A stretch of DNA of 62,817 nt, counting the filler, from Actinomycetota bacterium (GTDB taxonomy: Bacteria > Actinomycetota > Acidimicrobiia > Spongiisociales > UBA4744): NCBI GenBank assembly GCA_013152275.1. It is 6 parts of 6 records of this genome, joined end to end, with 100 filler letters (N's around TTAATTAATTAA, not from the genome) between each part and the next. Parts side by side here need not be neighbours in the genome. Positions count along the whole stretch, not along the records: positions 43,203 to 59,385 come from JAADGS010000049.1; positions 59,486 to 62,817 come from JAADGS010000007.1; 4 more parts are not named here. One strand, given 5' to 3'. The notes beneath the pieces are model-generated. The model was not told the origin of the DNA, made no database searches, and was given only the letters and a program-made list of their open reading frames with translations. Below are positions 51,381 through 61,005 of the stretch, piece after piece. The position numbers and the translations under genes are program-made. The number at the start of each line of letters is the position of its first letter. The stretch's first letter is position 1.

Positions 51381-52166
51381 CTACTGCACCTCACTGCAAA
51401 TGTAGTCCCAGTAGCCAGCTGACCTGTTGGCAAGGCCATGTCGCATGATGTAGCCGAGGAACGTCTTCCACGACGCGGCTGACGTCAACGGATTGATGCA
51501 CGACATGTCCAAAGCGGACAGGAGAGAGGTCCATGCAGCCTGGGTGTTGTTGCCCCAGTACCCGTCCGTGTCGATGCCAGCCGAGTTGAAGTCGTTGCAC
51601 AGGTACTGGATGAACTTGGTGTCGTCCGAGTACCTGAGCCAGGGGTGATAGGGGGCCGCAACTGACCCGCAGCTCTTGTCAACATGGATGTGGTTGTCAT
51701 GACCAGTCGGATCGGAGGGAGCATCGATCGTCGCGTTGAAGTACCGCTGCAGGCTCGCGTCTATGGCCCAGTACAGTCGCCTCTCCGCCCGGCTCGACGA
51801 ATTCCAGCTCTCAGAAGGTCTGACAAAGTCCAGATAGGTGCCATTCGAGAAGCGTATGTGGTTCAAGTCCCACGCCTTGCAGTGCTGGTGCCACGAGCAC
51901 CGATTGTGGGCTTCCGTTCCGATGTGGCCGATCCAGGACAAGCCTGTTCCGCGATAGGTGCTGGCGTAGTACGCGAGATTGGCAACCCACGAGCTGCATG
52001 TGGACAGCAGGTCGTTATTGAATCGAGTGCTGACAATCGAGTAGTCATTTGGCCCACTGGTACCACCGTACTTAATCGTGTAGCCACCTACCGACGTGAC
52101 AACGGATGTATTGGAGGTAGACCCGCTACACGGAAGAGTCCCACAGGATTGATTCTGGCTACCCAT
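51381..52166 (-). CDS. Extensin-like/M15-type Zn peptidase domain plus peptidoglycan-binding domain
   Basis: SWH...KAWD (H-x6-D), HDNHIHVD, C-terminal FIQ..C......I..DGYWGNNT. Confidence 0.7.
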   Translation of the reverse strand: MGSQNQSCGTLPCSGSTSNTSVVTSVGGYTIKYGGTSGPNDYSIVSTRFNNDLLSTCSSWVANLAYYASTYRGTGLSWIGHIGTEAHNRCSWHQHCKAWDLNHIRFSNGTYLDFVRPSESWNSSSRAERRLYWAIDASLQRYFNATIDAPSDPTGHDNHIHVDKSCGSVAAPYHPWLRYSDDTKFIQYLCNDFNSAGIDTDGYWGNNTQAAWTSLLSALDMSCINPLTSAASWKTFLGYIMRHGLANRSAGYWDYICSEVQ

Positions 52167-53070
52167 CTACTGACCTCCGATCCGGACATCTACAGAAACC
52201 CCCGGGCCTGTAGAAAGCGATGCAATCTCCGTGGTGCTCTCCGGCCAGCTGTGATCGCCTCCTTCACGCAGAACGACAAAACCTCCTGACGTGTCGTACA
52301 GCACAAGGTCGCCGACAGGCGAAAACCCGACGATCCTCCTGTCGAGAGTGACGGTTGCGCTCGGGCCGCTCAGGGTGTTGTCGACTTCACCTGTCTGCGT
52401 GAGCTTCAGGATGCGCGCACCTGCAGTGGAGGACAGAGCGACGAGCGGGGATCGGCCCAGGAATCCAACGGCCGCTACGGTCTCATGGGCACCGGCTGAC
52501 GGACCCACAACGTGATCCTGTTCGAGGACGGCAATTGAGTCTCGACCGGCGCAGCCCAGTCGATAGAGGCTGAACGCCTCCGGCAAGCCCGCTTCGGCTA
52601 CCTTCTCGAGGAAGATGACGACTGCGTCATCAGAAACGGGAATCATGCCGGCAACCACCCCCCAAACGGCGTGCCAAAGCTTCCTCCCAGCCCGACACGG
52701 TGGAGTTCGGATCCCACCAACCTCCACATGCGAGGGGAGTACGTTGTGCGATTGACAACTCCGGTCCCGCCGGAGGGCCACTGGTCTACTCCGGGTTCAT
52801 CTCGGACATCGGGCGGTTGAACTGCGGTGTAGTCCCCGACGGCGTACTCGTACTCGAAGGCTTCCTCAACTACCCCACCTGCGATGTAGAGGTCGGATCC
52901 CCAATACATGAGTGCCCGCACCACCACTCCTTCAGGTAGCGAGTAGTCGCGCGACGCCCCGGACAGACGGTCGAACGTCTGCAGCGAATACCGAGCCATC
53001 ACACTGGCCACCGCAACCTCAGTGGAAGACGCAGCAACGGTCGCAACACCACTCCTGATCCCCGGGGTCG

Positions 53071-54468
53071 GAGATATCGCCAAATCTTGTGGATCGGGTC
53101 GGGGTGGTCAGGCGGCGTCCCTTGTGTGGTCGGTCCTCCTTTCGACTCGGATCCCGTCTTTGAACTCGATACCGGCTCGCACCTGGGCGACGAGTTCGGG
53201 ACTGTTGACTTTGCGCCATCGGTCCTCGGCGGCGTCGAGGAGCTTGTAGGCCATTACCAGGCCACGGCGACGGCTCCCCGCACCCTTCGTCACTCTCGTT
53301 CTCGCTCTTACGGTCGAAAAGGTCGACTCGATCGGGTTCGTGGTCCGCAGGTGAACCCAATGCGCTGCCGGATAGTCGTAGAAGGTCAACAAGACGTCCC
53401 GGTTCCGGGTGAGCTTCGCCGCGGCTTTGGGATACTTATCGCCGAATTGTCTGACGAACTGGTCGATGCCGGCTTCGGCATCGACCTTCGTCTCAGCCAG
53501 ATAGATCTCATGGATCGCAGCCTTCGCGGTGCGATGGAGCCGTTTCGGTAGAGCGTCGAGAATGTTCGCAGTCGCGTGTACCCAGCATCTCTGCTCAACT
53601 GTGTCAGGGAAGACGTCACCGAGTGCCGCCCAGAACCCCAATGCACCGTCACCGACAGCAACCATCGGCGCCTTCATACCCCGGTTCTTCAAGTCCCGGA
53701 GTACTCCGGCCCACGACTCGGTCGACTCGCGATACCCATCCGAACACGCCAGGAGTTCCTTGGTGCCATCGGCTTTCACACCGATGACGACGAGACAGCA
53801 CAGCCTGTCCTCGGCCAGACGGATACGGAAATGCACCCCATCGGCCCACACATACACCAAGTCCGACCCGGACAGGTCCCGGGACTCGAACGCCGCATAC
53901 TCGTCCGTCCACGTTTCGAGGAGTCGGGTGATCGACGACGCCGACAAGCCGGCATCGGTACCGAAGAACTCGCCCAACGCAGGGGCGAAATCCCCCGTCG
54001 ACAATCCACGCAGATACAACACCGGCAACACGTCGCCGACCTTGGGAGAGCGACGCGCATACTTGGGCAGGATGTAGGACGAGAAGCGGTGGCCGTCGCG
54101 ACGGTCATTGACACGAGGTGCCCGAATCGCCAACGGTCCCGCACCCGTGACCAGGCTCCGCTCCGCAGCCCGACCGTTGCGCACCACCAGGCGATGACCC
54201 ACCTCATCAACCAACCCGGCGTGACGTTCGATGTAATCGGCGACCTCCGTCTCAAGGCCAGCCATCAACATCCTGCGCGCCCCCTCAGCCACCAGATCAT
54301 CCAACGAACCGGCCAAGTCGTCGCGCTCGGCGTCGTCTGTGACTATCTTCAACATCAGGCGTACTCCTTCCCCGCCGGCCAACACCGGCAGAACCCGTTA
54401 CTTAGGTTTGGAAGGGTACGCCGCCCCTCTCTCCGAATCCCGTCATCCACAACATTCGGGTATAGCTC
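53071..54468 (-). mobile_element. IS256-family insertion sequence
   Basis: 23-bp imperfect IRs (gagatatcgccaaatcttgtgga / gagctatacccgaatgttgtgga); 9-bp target duplication ccggggtcg at 53062-70 and 54469-77. Confidence 0.93.
53108..54355 (-). CDS. IS256 (Mutator) transposase
   Basis: RNG...R, LYLRGLSTGD, YVWADG, GDGALGFW, QRCWVH, LRTTNPIES. Confidence 0.95.
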   Translation of the reverse strand: MLKIVTDDAERDDLAGSLDDLVAEGARRMLMAGLETEVADYIERHAGLVDEVGHRLVVRNGRAAERSLVTGAGPLAIRAPRVNDRRDGHRFSSYILPKYARRSPKVGDVLPVLYLRGLSTGDFAPALGEFFGTDAGLSASSITRLLETWTDEYAAFESRDLSGSDLVYVWADGVHFRIRLAEDRLCCLVVIGVKADGTKELLACSDGYRESTESWAGVLRDLKNRGMKAPMVAVGDGALGFWAALGDVFPDTVEQRCWVHATANILDALPKRLHRTAKAAIHEIYLAETKVDAEAGIDQFVRQFGDKYPKAAAKLTRNRDVLLTFYDYPAAHWVHLRTTNPIESTFSTVRARTRVTKGAGSRRRGLVMAYKLLDAAEDRWRKVNSPELVAQVRAGIEFKDGIRVERRTDHTRDAA

Positions 54469-55204
54469 CCGGGGTCGCCCCCGCAGCACTAGACGTCGCA
54501 ACACCAGGCAAGAACACGACACCTGATGCAGCCAACCCCGTCCTGATGAACTCCCTACGCGTCGGCATGTTGTCCTCCCAGAGTGCGGCTTTGCATCGTC
54601 CTCCCCCTCTATTCGAGTTACCGGCTCTTGCGGGTCCTTCCGCTGGTTCATGGTCCCTTCATGTCTGTATGTGTCCGTCAGGGCTGGTTTGTCGCGGGGT
54701 TTCTTGCGTTTGTTTTCGCGACCTGGGGCTCGAAGGGTGGATGCTGGTCGGTGCGGGGGACTGGGACGATGACGATCTGGTGACCAGCAGCTCACCGAGA
54801 CGCTCCAACGCGTCCCGGCCCGCCTCGTCGCCGACGACCCTTCCCAAGCTGGGCCGTCCCGGAGCTACGCGCAGCACCGCCGACCCCATAGAGGTTCGTT
54901 CCTCCGACGCCCATTCCGGCTCTCTTCGGCCATCGAATCGTCTCTTCACGCGAACCACCTCCGATCTTCCCGTGAGCTACGCCCGTTCCTCCCTTCAAGA
55001 GTTCTCTACTGCCTGGTCGCAGGCCTTTCACTTGTGTATTTGCCCGACGGGCGGTTTGGGTTCCCGATTTTGGGAGGCTTTGTTTTCGCGAGCTAGCTCG
55101 CTGGCGTGGTCAGGGGCTGTTCCGGTCGATGGGGGCGAGGAGAATCCGGGGGTGGTGTGGTCGAAAGAAAGCGACGGGCAGGGTTGCCCATCGAGAGAGT
55201 CTCG

Positions 55205-55750
55205 TCAACCGGTGAGGCCCTCTGTTCCGGACGCCCCCCGACGCTGGCGTGTGGACCCTCCGTGGCAGTGTTTGTACTTGCGGCCTGACCCGCACGGGCA
55301 CGGTTCGTTGCGTCCGACCTTGCCCCGCGGCTGTTCAGACCGAGCAGACAGTGCGGCGGCCAGTTCGGCCTGCCGTTCACGGGCGTCGAGGTCGCCCGCC
55401 CGTCGGCGGAGATGCTCGTCCCATGCACGTGGGCGATCTTCGCCGGCCTCCAAGGTCTGTTCGCGGTGGGCGATCTCCGCTTCCCGCTTTGCCAGTTCTT
55501 CGTGGGCCCGGGTCGCGAATACCGGCGCATCTTCTCGGTCGGTGTTGTCGACCACTCCGGCCAGCTCATGGTTGATCAGCATGGCGATGGCTCGGCCCAT
55601 CGAAACCCCGACCGTGTCGCAGTAGCGCCGCCAGGTCGACCACGTCGCCGGTGTCGTCGGGACCCGCACCATCCGCCAGGTCTCGTCTCCTCCGAGGCCC
55701 GAGAGTAGCCGGCGGTCGATCCTCGCGAGCACACCCCGGTCGATTCCCAT
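55205..55750 (-). CDS. Putative ribbon-helix-helix plus coiled coil plus SEC-C motif protein
   Basis: C-terminal [21 protein letters not shown]-terminal strand-helix-helix [29 protein letters not shown]. Confidence 0.7.
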   Translation of the reverse strand: MGIDRGVLARIDRRLLSGLGGDETWRMVRVPTTPATWSTWRRYCDTVGVSMGRAIAMLINHELAGVVDNTDREDAPVFATRAHEELAKREAEIAHREQTLEAGEDRPRAWDEHLRRRAGDLDARERQAELAAALSARSEQPRGKVGRNEPCPCGSGRKYKHCHGGSTRQRRGASGTEGLTG

Positions 55751-55762
55751 CAGGATCCTCCC

Positions 55763-55778
55763 TGTCTACATGTAGACA
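55763..55778. promoter_or_regulatory. Perfect 16-bp palindrome upstream of the RHH/SEC-C gene
   Basis: TGTCTACATGTAGACA, 12 bp from the ATG. Confidence 0.55.
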
Positions 55779-56260
55779 TTGGCAACTGCGTTGCATGTGC
55801 GTGTGGTGTTGAGAGGGTTCTGTGCGCGAGTCGCGCATGTGGCCAGCGATGTCTGTCGGGTCGGGTCTTTCGGCTGCACGATCGTTGGTGGGTGTTGCAT
55901 CGGGTGGTCCTTTCGCTTCAGGTTTGGCTCTTCAGGTTCGGTTCTTTCGGTTTCCAGTCGATCGGCCGACTGGTTTCCCAGATGGGCGTTGTGACCTCCG
56001 GGTTGATTCGGGTTTCGGTGGCCCAGTCCGTGCATGGCAAGCGTTCTGAGCCGTCGAGAGCCCAATCGAGCGGAGATATTCCCCTCCTGTCCTCGCACTT
56101 GGGCACACACGGGGTCTGGCGGCCTCTCCTGGCCGTCTGGGAGGAGAACGGGGCCGATACATCGACTTGACAATCGTTGCTTCGTTTCGCAGCGGATGGG
56201 TTGCAGCGGATGGTCGGGGACATTGCCGAGATCTTCGCCGCCAACCCTGTCGCTGCGATG

Positions 56261-56424
56261 TCAGTAACCCTCCAACTCGACGCTCATGAACGAGGCCTGA
56301 GCATCCCACCCTGCTACCAGAGTGTCCGTAACCCTTTCAGTAACCCTCCAATTCGACGCTCATTGACGAGAACAACCTCCAACCCTTTCATCAGAGTGTT
56401 ATCAGAGTGTCCGTAACCCTTTCA
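56261..56424. repeat. Interleaved direct repeats, iteron-like
   Basis: 34-bp repeat at 56261 and 56337; 22-bp cagagtgtccgtaaccctttca at 56318 and 56403; AACCCT recurring. Confidence 0.7.
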
Positions 56425-56565
56425 ACCGGATCTTTTCGACCCGGCTGCTCCCCCACCGCACCAGCGGCGTCTCGCCCGAACATGAGACGGCGGTGCCGGC
56501 CAGCCGGCGGGCCCTAACAGGGTGTCCGGCATTCTGCTGACAGGGTCGTATCGCATTGTGTGGAG

Positions 56566-56763
56566 ATGGAACAGTCTGCGGGTTTGGACGCCGATCGACT
56601 GGCGAGAGCAGCGACCAGGGTCATCATTGATGCTGCGGGACCTCCGATCCTCAACGAGGCCGCAGCTCAGGCGCTGCTGCGCATCCTGCTGCGCGCCGCC
56701 GACCGCAACGATGTGCCGAATGTCGCACACCCAGTGGCTTCTGCGGTACGCTCGGTTTCGTGA
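56566..56763 (+). CDS. 65-aa ORF translationally coupled to the serine recombinase (copy 2)
   Basis: Homologous to 43353..43550; TGATG overlap. Confidence 0.7.
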   Translation: MEQSAGLDADRLARAATRVIIDAAGPPILNEAAAQALLRILLRAADRNDVPNVAHPVASAVRSVS

Positions 56764-58451
56764 TGCGGTTCGCGTTCTACGGCAGGGTCTCTACCGAAGA
56801 TCAACAAGACCCCGAGTCGTCTCGCAACTGGCAGCTCGCCCGGTCCCGCCAACTCATCGAACCAACAGGGGAGATCGTCGTCGAGTTCTTCGATGTGGGT
56901 CAGTCCCGCTCCCTCCCCTGGTCACGAAGACCAGAAGCCTCCAAACTGCTCCAGACGCTCGCCGATCCGGACCGGGGGTTCGACGCGGTGGTGATCGGCG
57001 AACCCCAGCGGGCGTTCTACGGCAACCAGTTCGGCCTCACGTTCCCCGTCTTTGTGCACTACGGGGTCGGCCTGTGGGTCCCCGAAGTCGGAGGTGCGGT
57101 CGACCCGGGCTCGGATGCGCATGAGATCGTCATGAACCTCTATGGGGGGATGAGCAAAGGGGAACGCAACCGTATCAAAACCAGAGTCCGCACCGCGATG
57201 GCCGCCCAAGCCGCCATCGAAGGCCGATACCTGGGCGGACGGCCACCCTACGGATACGTGTTGGCCGACGCCGGCCCGCACCCCAACCCCGCCAAAGCAG
57301 CCGCCGGTCAAACGCTGAAGAAACTCGAACCCGACCCGACAGCAGCGCCCGTGGTGCAGAGGATCTTCGCCGAGTACCTTACCGGGAAAGGTCTGTATGC
57401 GATCGCCGAAGGACTCACCGCAGACGGGATCCTCTCCCCCTCCGCTCACGACCCTGGCCGCAACCGGCACCGCTCCGGCAGTCGAGGCGCCTGGTCCAAG
57501 TCGGCGGTCCGGGCCATCCTCCGCAACCCCCGCTACACCGGACACCAAGTCTGGAACCGCCAACGACGCGACGAAGAACTCATCGACGTCAACGACGTCG
57601 GCCTCGGCCACCAAACCAGAATGCGCTGGAACCACCCCAACCAATGGATCTGGTCAGAGAACCCGACCCACCCAGCCATCATCGACGCCGAGACCTACCA
57701 GGCTGCCCAGGAGGCGTTCGGTCGCACCAAGCGACGGGCACCGCGCCGCACCGGGCGCCGCTACCTGCTCTCCGGTCTCATCCGCTGTGGAGTATGTGGG
57801 CGACGCATGGCCGGCCAGCAGAACCACGATCACCCTTACTACCGGTGTCGGTTTCCCGACGAGTACGGCATCGGAGCGGACCAGCATCCCCGCAACGTCT
57901 ACGTGAAAGAGTCCGCAGTGACCCCCGGGCTCGACCGGTGGCTCGGAACCCTCTTCGACGACGACCACCTCGAGGAGACGGCCGAGATTCTCGCCGGCTC
58001 CTCACAACCCGACCCCGACGACCAAGCCCGCAAAGGTGCCCTCGCCGAACAGATCCACGACTGCGACCGGCGTCTCGGCCAATACCAGGCCGTACTCGAC
58101 GAAGGCGCCGACGCCAAAGTGGTGGCCCGCTGGATGGCCCAAGTCCAACGAGAACGCGCCAACCTGCAAGCCCAGCTCGGCCACACCATCCCCGGCGGGA
58201 AACTCACCAGTACACAGGTCCGTGCTCTGGTCGAAGCCCTCCGCGACATCGTCACCGTCCTCGCCGAAGCCGACCCCCAAGACAAAGCAGAACTGTACGG
58301 AGAACTGGGTGTGGACCTGACTTATCACCCTGAAGGGAGCATCTCTGTGAAGATGCTCCCGCGTGGGGTAAAGGTTCGTGTCGGAGGAGCGATACCGATG
58401 CTGACTACACGACCGGCGCCACTCGCCAGGGCCTACTCCGTCACAGTCTGA
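56763..58451 (+). CDS. Large serine recombinase, intact
   Basis: Resolvase domain FYGRVST, recombinase domain GGRPPYGY..IL.NPRYTG, Zn ribbon LSGLIRCGVCG..YYRC, coiled coil. Confidence 0.95.
   Translation: MRFAFYGRVSTEDQQDPESSRNWQLARSRQLIEPTGEIVVEFFDVGQSRSLPWSRRPEASKLLQTLADPDRGFDAVVIGEPQRAFYGNQFGLTFPVFVHYGVGLWVPEVGGAVDPGSDAHEIVMNLYGGMSKGERNRIKTRVRTAMAAQAAIEGRYLGGRPPYGYVLADAGPHPNPAKAAAGQTLKKLEPDPTAAPVVQRIFAEYLTGKGLYAIAEGLTADGILSPSAHDPGRNRHRSGSRGAWSKSAVRAILRNPRYTGHQVWNRQRRDEELIDVNDVGLGHQTRMRWNHPNQWIWSENPTHPAIIDAETYQAAQEAFGRTKRRAPRRTGRRYLLSGLIRCGVCGRRMAGQQNHDHPYYRCRFPDEYGIGADQHPRNVYVKESAVTPGLDRWLGTLFDDDHLEETAEILAGSSQPDPDDQARKGALAEQIHDCDRRLGQYQAVLDEGADAKVVARWMAQVQRERANLQAQLGHTIPGGKLTSTQVRALVEALRDIVTVLAEADPQDKAELYGELGVDLTYHPEGSISVKMLPRGVKVRVGGAIPMLTTRPAPLARAYSVTV
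58362..58411. other. attP-like site inside the recombinase 3' end
   Basis: Core GTGTCGGAGG at 58378-87; right arm agcgataccgatgctgactacacg homologous to 49060-83. Confidence 0.7.
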
Positions 58452-58826
58452 AACGCGATGGAATCGGATTGGGGATGGTGAGGAGGATGACCTCCTCGTC
58501 GATCTCGTACACCTACGGCATACGTGAAGCAAAGCGGCAACAGTCTGCCACTCGACATCGAGGCGTTCTATCTTGCCATCGACCTGCTCAGAGCAGCCGG
58601 CCCAGGCCCCCAGGTACGAGCGGCCCTCATCGAAGTGTTCGCCGAACTCCTTGTCACCCTCGTCGACCAGACACCCGACGGATCCGTCGCACTCGCCATC
58701 AGCTACAACCAGCCCCCATACCTAAGTCACCGTCACGGCTCACACCCTTTGTCACCAACTAGCAAGCGTTTCTTGGAGCGAGGGCCGTGTTTCCGGGAAA
58801 CTGGAGACACGTCGACAGCTCGTTCC

Positions 58827-59385
58827 CTAGGGGGACGTTGCCTGCCGGGACGCGACCATCTGTTCGAGGATGGGAATAATGCTGTGGGAGCACGCCTGCT
58901 CGGCGGCTGCGAACTGCGCGTTAGCGACGCCTGAGAACGGGTCCCAGTTTGCTTCCTCAAGGAACGCCTGTTCCGATGGTGGCTCGGATGGCTGAAACCC
59001 GTGATCGATCAGGCACTGATACTGGACCAGCCTCGCCTGATACTCGGCAGCCCTGAACTCGTGGGTTGCGGGCGCGAGAGCAGCCACTAACCCCGAGTCG
59101 ATCGCCACCTGCCCACACGCGGCCCGCACTTGGTTGTACTGGTCCATCTGGACGCCGGTCGCTACCGCGAACCCCTGACCGCTAGGATCGAGGGTGACGG
59201 TGAACCCGGCCGACTCAATGCAGGAAGCGAGATAGCCGATGTGTTCCTCGCTGCCATATGGAACGATCCCCCCGCGAAGCAGCAAGTCGGCGTACGGTCC
59301 GAGCTTCTCTCGATACTCCGGGTCTTTGGGAGTCGGCACCGGTGGCGGCGCCCACCCCGACACCACCGTCCCCTCGCTCCCTGAG
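58827..59385 (-). CDS. Secreted/lipoprotein-like hypothetical with four spaced Cys, 5'-truncated
   Basis: CIESAG...AC...QCL..HG...EPPS.QAF...WDP...AC pattern; open to the contig end. Confidence 0.6.
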
Positions 59386-59501
59386 NNNNNNNNNNNNNNN
59401 NNNNNNNNNNNNNNNNNNNNNNNNNNNNNTTAATTAATTAANNNNNNNNNNNNNNNNNNNNNNNNNNNNNNNNNNNNNNNNNNNNATCATCTGCCCATTC
59501 C

Positions 59502-59578
59502 GGGGGTGTAGCTCAGTCCGGCAGAGCACTACGTTCGCAACGTAGGGGCCAGGGGTTCAAATCCCCTCACCTCCACCA
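59502..59578 (+). tRNA. tRNA-Ala(CGC)
   Basis: Acceptor GGGGGTG/CACCTCC with G3:U70, anticodon arm ctacg-ttCGCaa-cgtag, T arm agggg-ttcaaat-cccct, encoded CCA. Confidence 0.95.
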
Positions 59579-59581
59579 GTC

Positions 59582-59608
59582 AACAGCCCTTGCCTCGCAA
59601 GGGCTGTT
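59582..59608 (+). terminator. Hairpin after the tRNA
   Basis: aacagcccttg-cctcg-caagggctgtt. Confidence 0.7.
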
Positions 59609-59629
59609 CGTCATTTCATGGTCCTTGCC

Positions 59630-59672
59630 CTACAGCTCCAATCCCTATTTCGCGCGGGTTCTGTGCGCGACC
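59630..59672 (-). pseudogene. Last codons of a deleted tyrosine integrase
   Basis: AHRTRAK*GLEL* versus AHRTRTERGLEL* at the end of the integrase at 62121. Confidence 0.65.
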
Positions 59673-60013
59673 GGCCCCTGACCGCGCGAACACTCACGGC
59701 AGGTCGCGAAAACAATCCCTACGGATCACGCGACGAATCCGACCTACCTGACACATACACAAATGAAAGGCCGCCGAAGAGAGGAGTATCTCATGGCATT
59801 GCTGCAAGCCCGAAAAGATACTCAGAGCAACGAGAAGTTCATCAGACGGGACTACCTCACGTGGATCGGTACCGTCTCCGGCTTACCACTGAACGCCTTC
59901 GTCGAGGGGAAGTGGGTCAAGCGGCAGGAGGCCGATTGTGATCCAGAAACCCCTACGAGTGAAGAGTCGAGAGGCAAACGGCTCATCATCGCCGGGCACC
60001 GGAGTCGATCGCC

Positions 60014-60400
60014 GTGTTGACGACGCTCTCCCAGCGACGAGCAGCTCCTACCGGGCGCAGACCCGGTTCAACTATCAGCACCTCATCGACCAGTGTCCGA
60101 CCGCGACATACGAGTACTTTGTTCCCAAATGACCACGTGGGTGGCGCGCGTTACTACATTCCGTACGGTGTGCCAACGACGAACTACTGCAACCCATACC
60201 AGGCTGGTACTTCCTATACGAAGCAGAACGCAACTGCGGTCACCTGGTCCGGTGGCATCAACGTGCTGGGATTCTCGGCCACGACGAGATCCGGCTACAA
60301 CTCGAAGACCAAGATCTCCTTCACCTTCTCGGCCAACAGGCAACTCTGCGGTGACACGAACTACCCGAAGTGGGCGCGGCGGGTCCGTGTGAAGTTCTAG
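60014..60400 (+). pseudogene. Fragmented secreted-type protein
   Basis: Coding-like 3' part YCNPYQAG..TKQNATAVTWSGG..GYNSKTKISFTF..LCGDT..P; frameshift near 60125; no clear start. Confidence 0.45.
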
Positions 60401-60417
60401 TGACTCCGTCGAAGAGC

Positions 60418-61005
60418 ATGCAACGGCGCACACTGCTCGAGAGCAGCGACCCGTGGCTCACCGTGTGGCGGTGGATCGCGGGTCCACTCCTGGCAATCCT
60501 CGTCCTGGCTTCCTGCGCTCAGAGTGCAGAGCTTCGTGGCCGCCTCGAGCCGGAGTCGGTTGTGACGATCGGCTTTGACGACTTCTCCAGCACCTCGGTT
60601 GGCTCTACCGGGCACTCCGTGTGTGCCACCGGTCCGGGCGTCTTCCTGGAGTCGGTCGATGCCTTGAAGATCGACGGCGCGGCAGAACTCATCGGGGCTG
60701 TCGAGATCTCCGGTGTAGTGCAGCGGGATGGGTTCATCGGAGCGGTCTACGGCTTCCCACCTGAGGGTTGGGCTAGTGATGCTCTGGGTACGTACGCGGT
60801 CCCCGAGTGTGACCCTACCTCCCCGGATTCCGTGACTCAGGTGGTCTTGGGTGTGCGCCGGACGGAACCAACCGGAGGGGCAATCAGAGGCGTGTCGATC
60901 ACCTACCGATCCGGTGGCCGCACGGGGACGCTCGAGATCCCGAACTTCCATATCACACTCTGCGGCGACGATGGCCGGTATTGCGAAGATGAGCTGTCGT
61001 CCTAG
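60418..61005 (+). CDS. Lipoprotein, hypothetical
   Basis: Lipobox LASC; beta-rich, with four further Cys. Confidence 0.6.
   Translation: MQRRTLLESSDPWLTVWRWIAGPLLAILVLASCAQSAELRGRLEPESVVTIGFDDFSSTSVGSTGHSVCATGPGVFLESVDALKIDGAAELIGAVEISGVVQRDGFIGAVYGFPPEGWASDALGTYAVPECDPTSPDSVTQVVLGVRRTEPTGGAIRGVSITYRSGGRTGTLEIPNFHITLCGDDGRYCEDELSS

Larger units (their letters stand above)
52167..54568 (-). pseudogene. Tat-exported protein interrupted by IS256 and a frameshift
   Basis: ATG 54568 with RBS ggagg, MPTRREFIRTGLAASG; reads in frame across the IS once one target duplication is removed; apparent second shift at the C6 run 52658-63. Confidence 0.7.

Noticed and set aside
55205..55750. secA fragment
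   Set aside because: Only the short SEC-C motif matches; the rest is unrelated to SecA.
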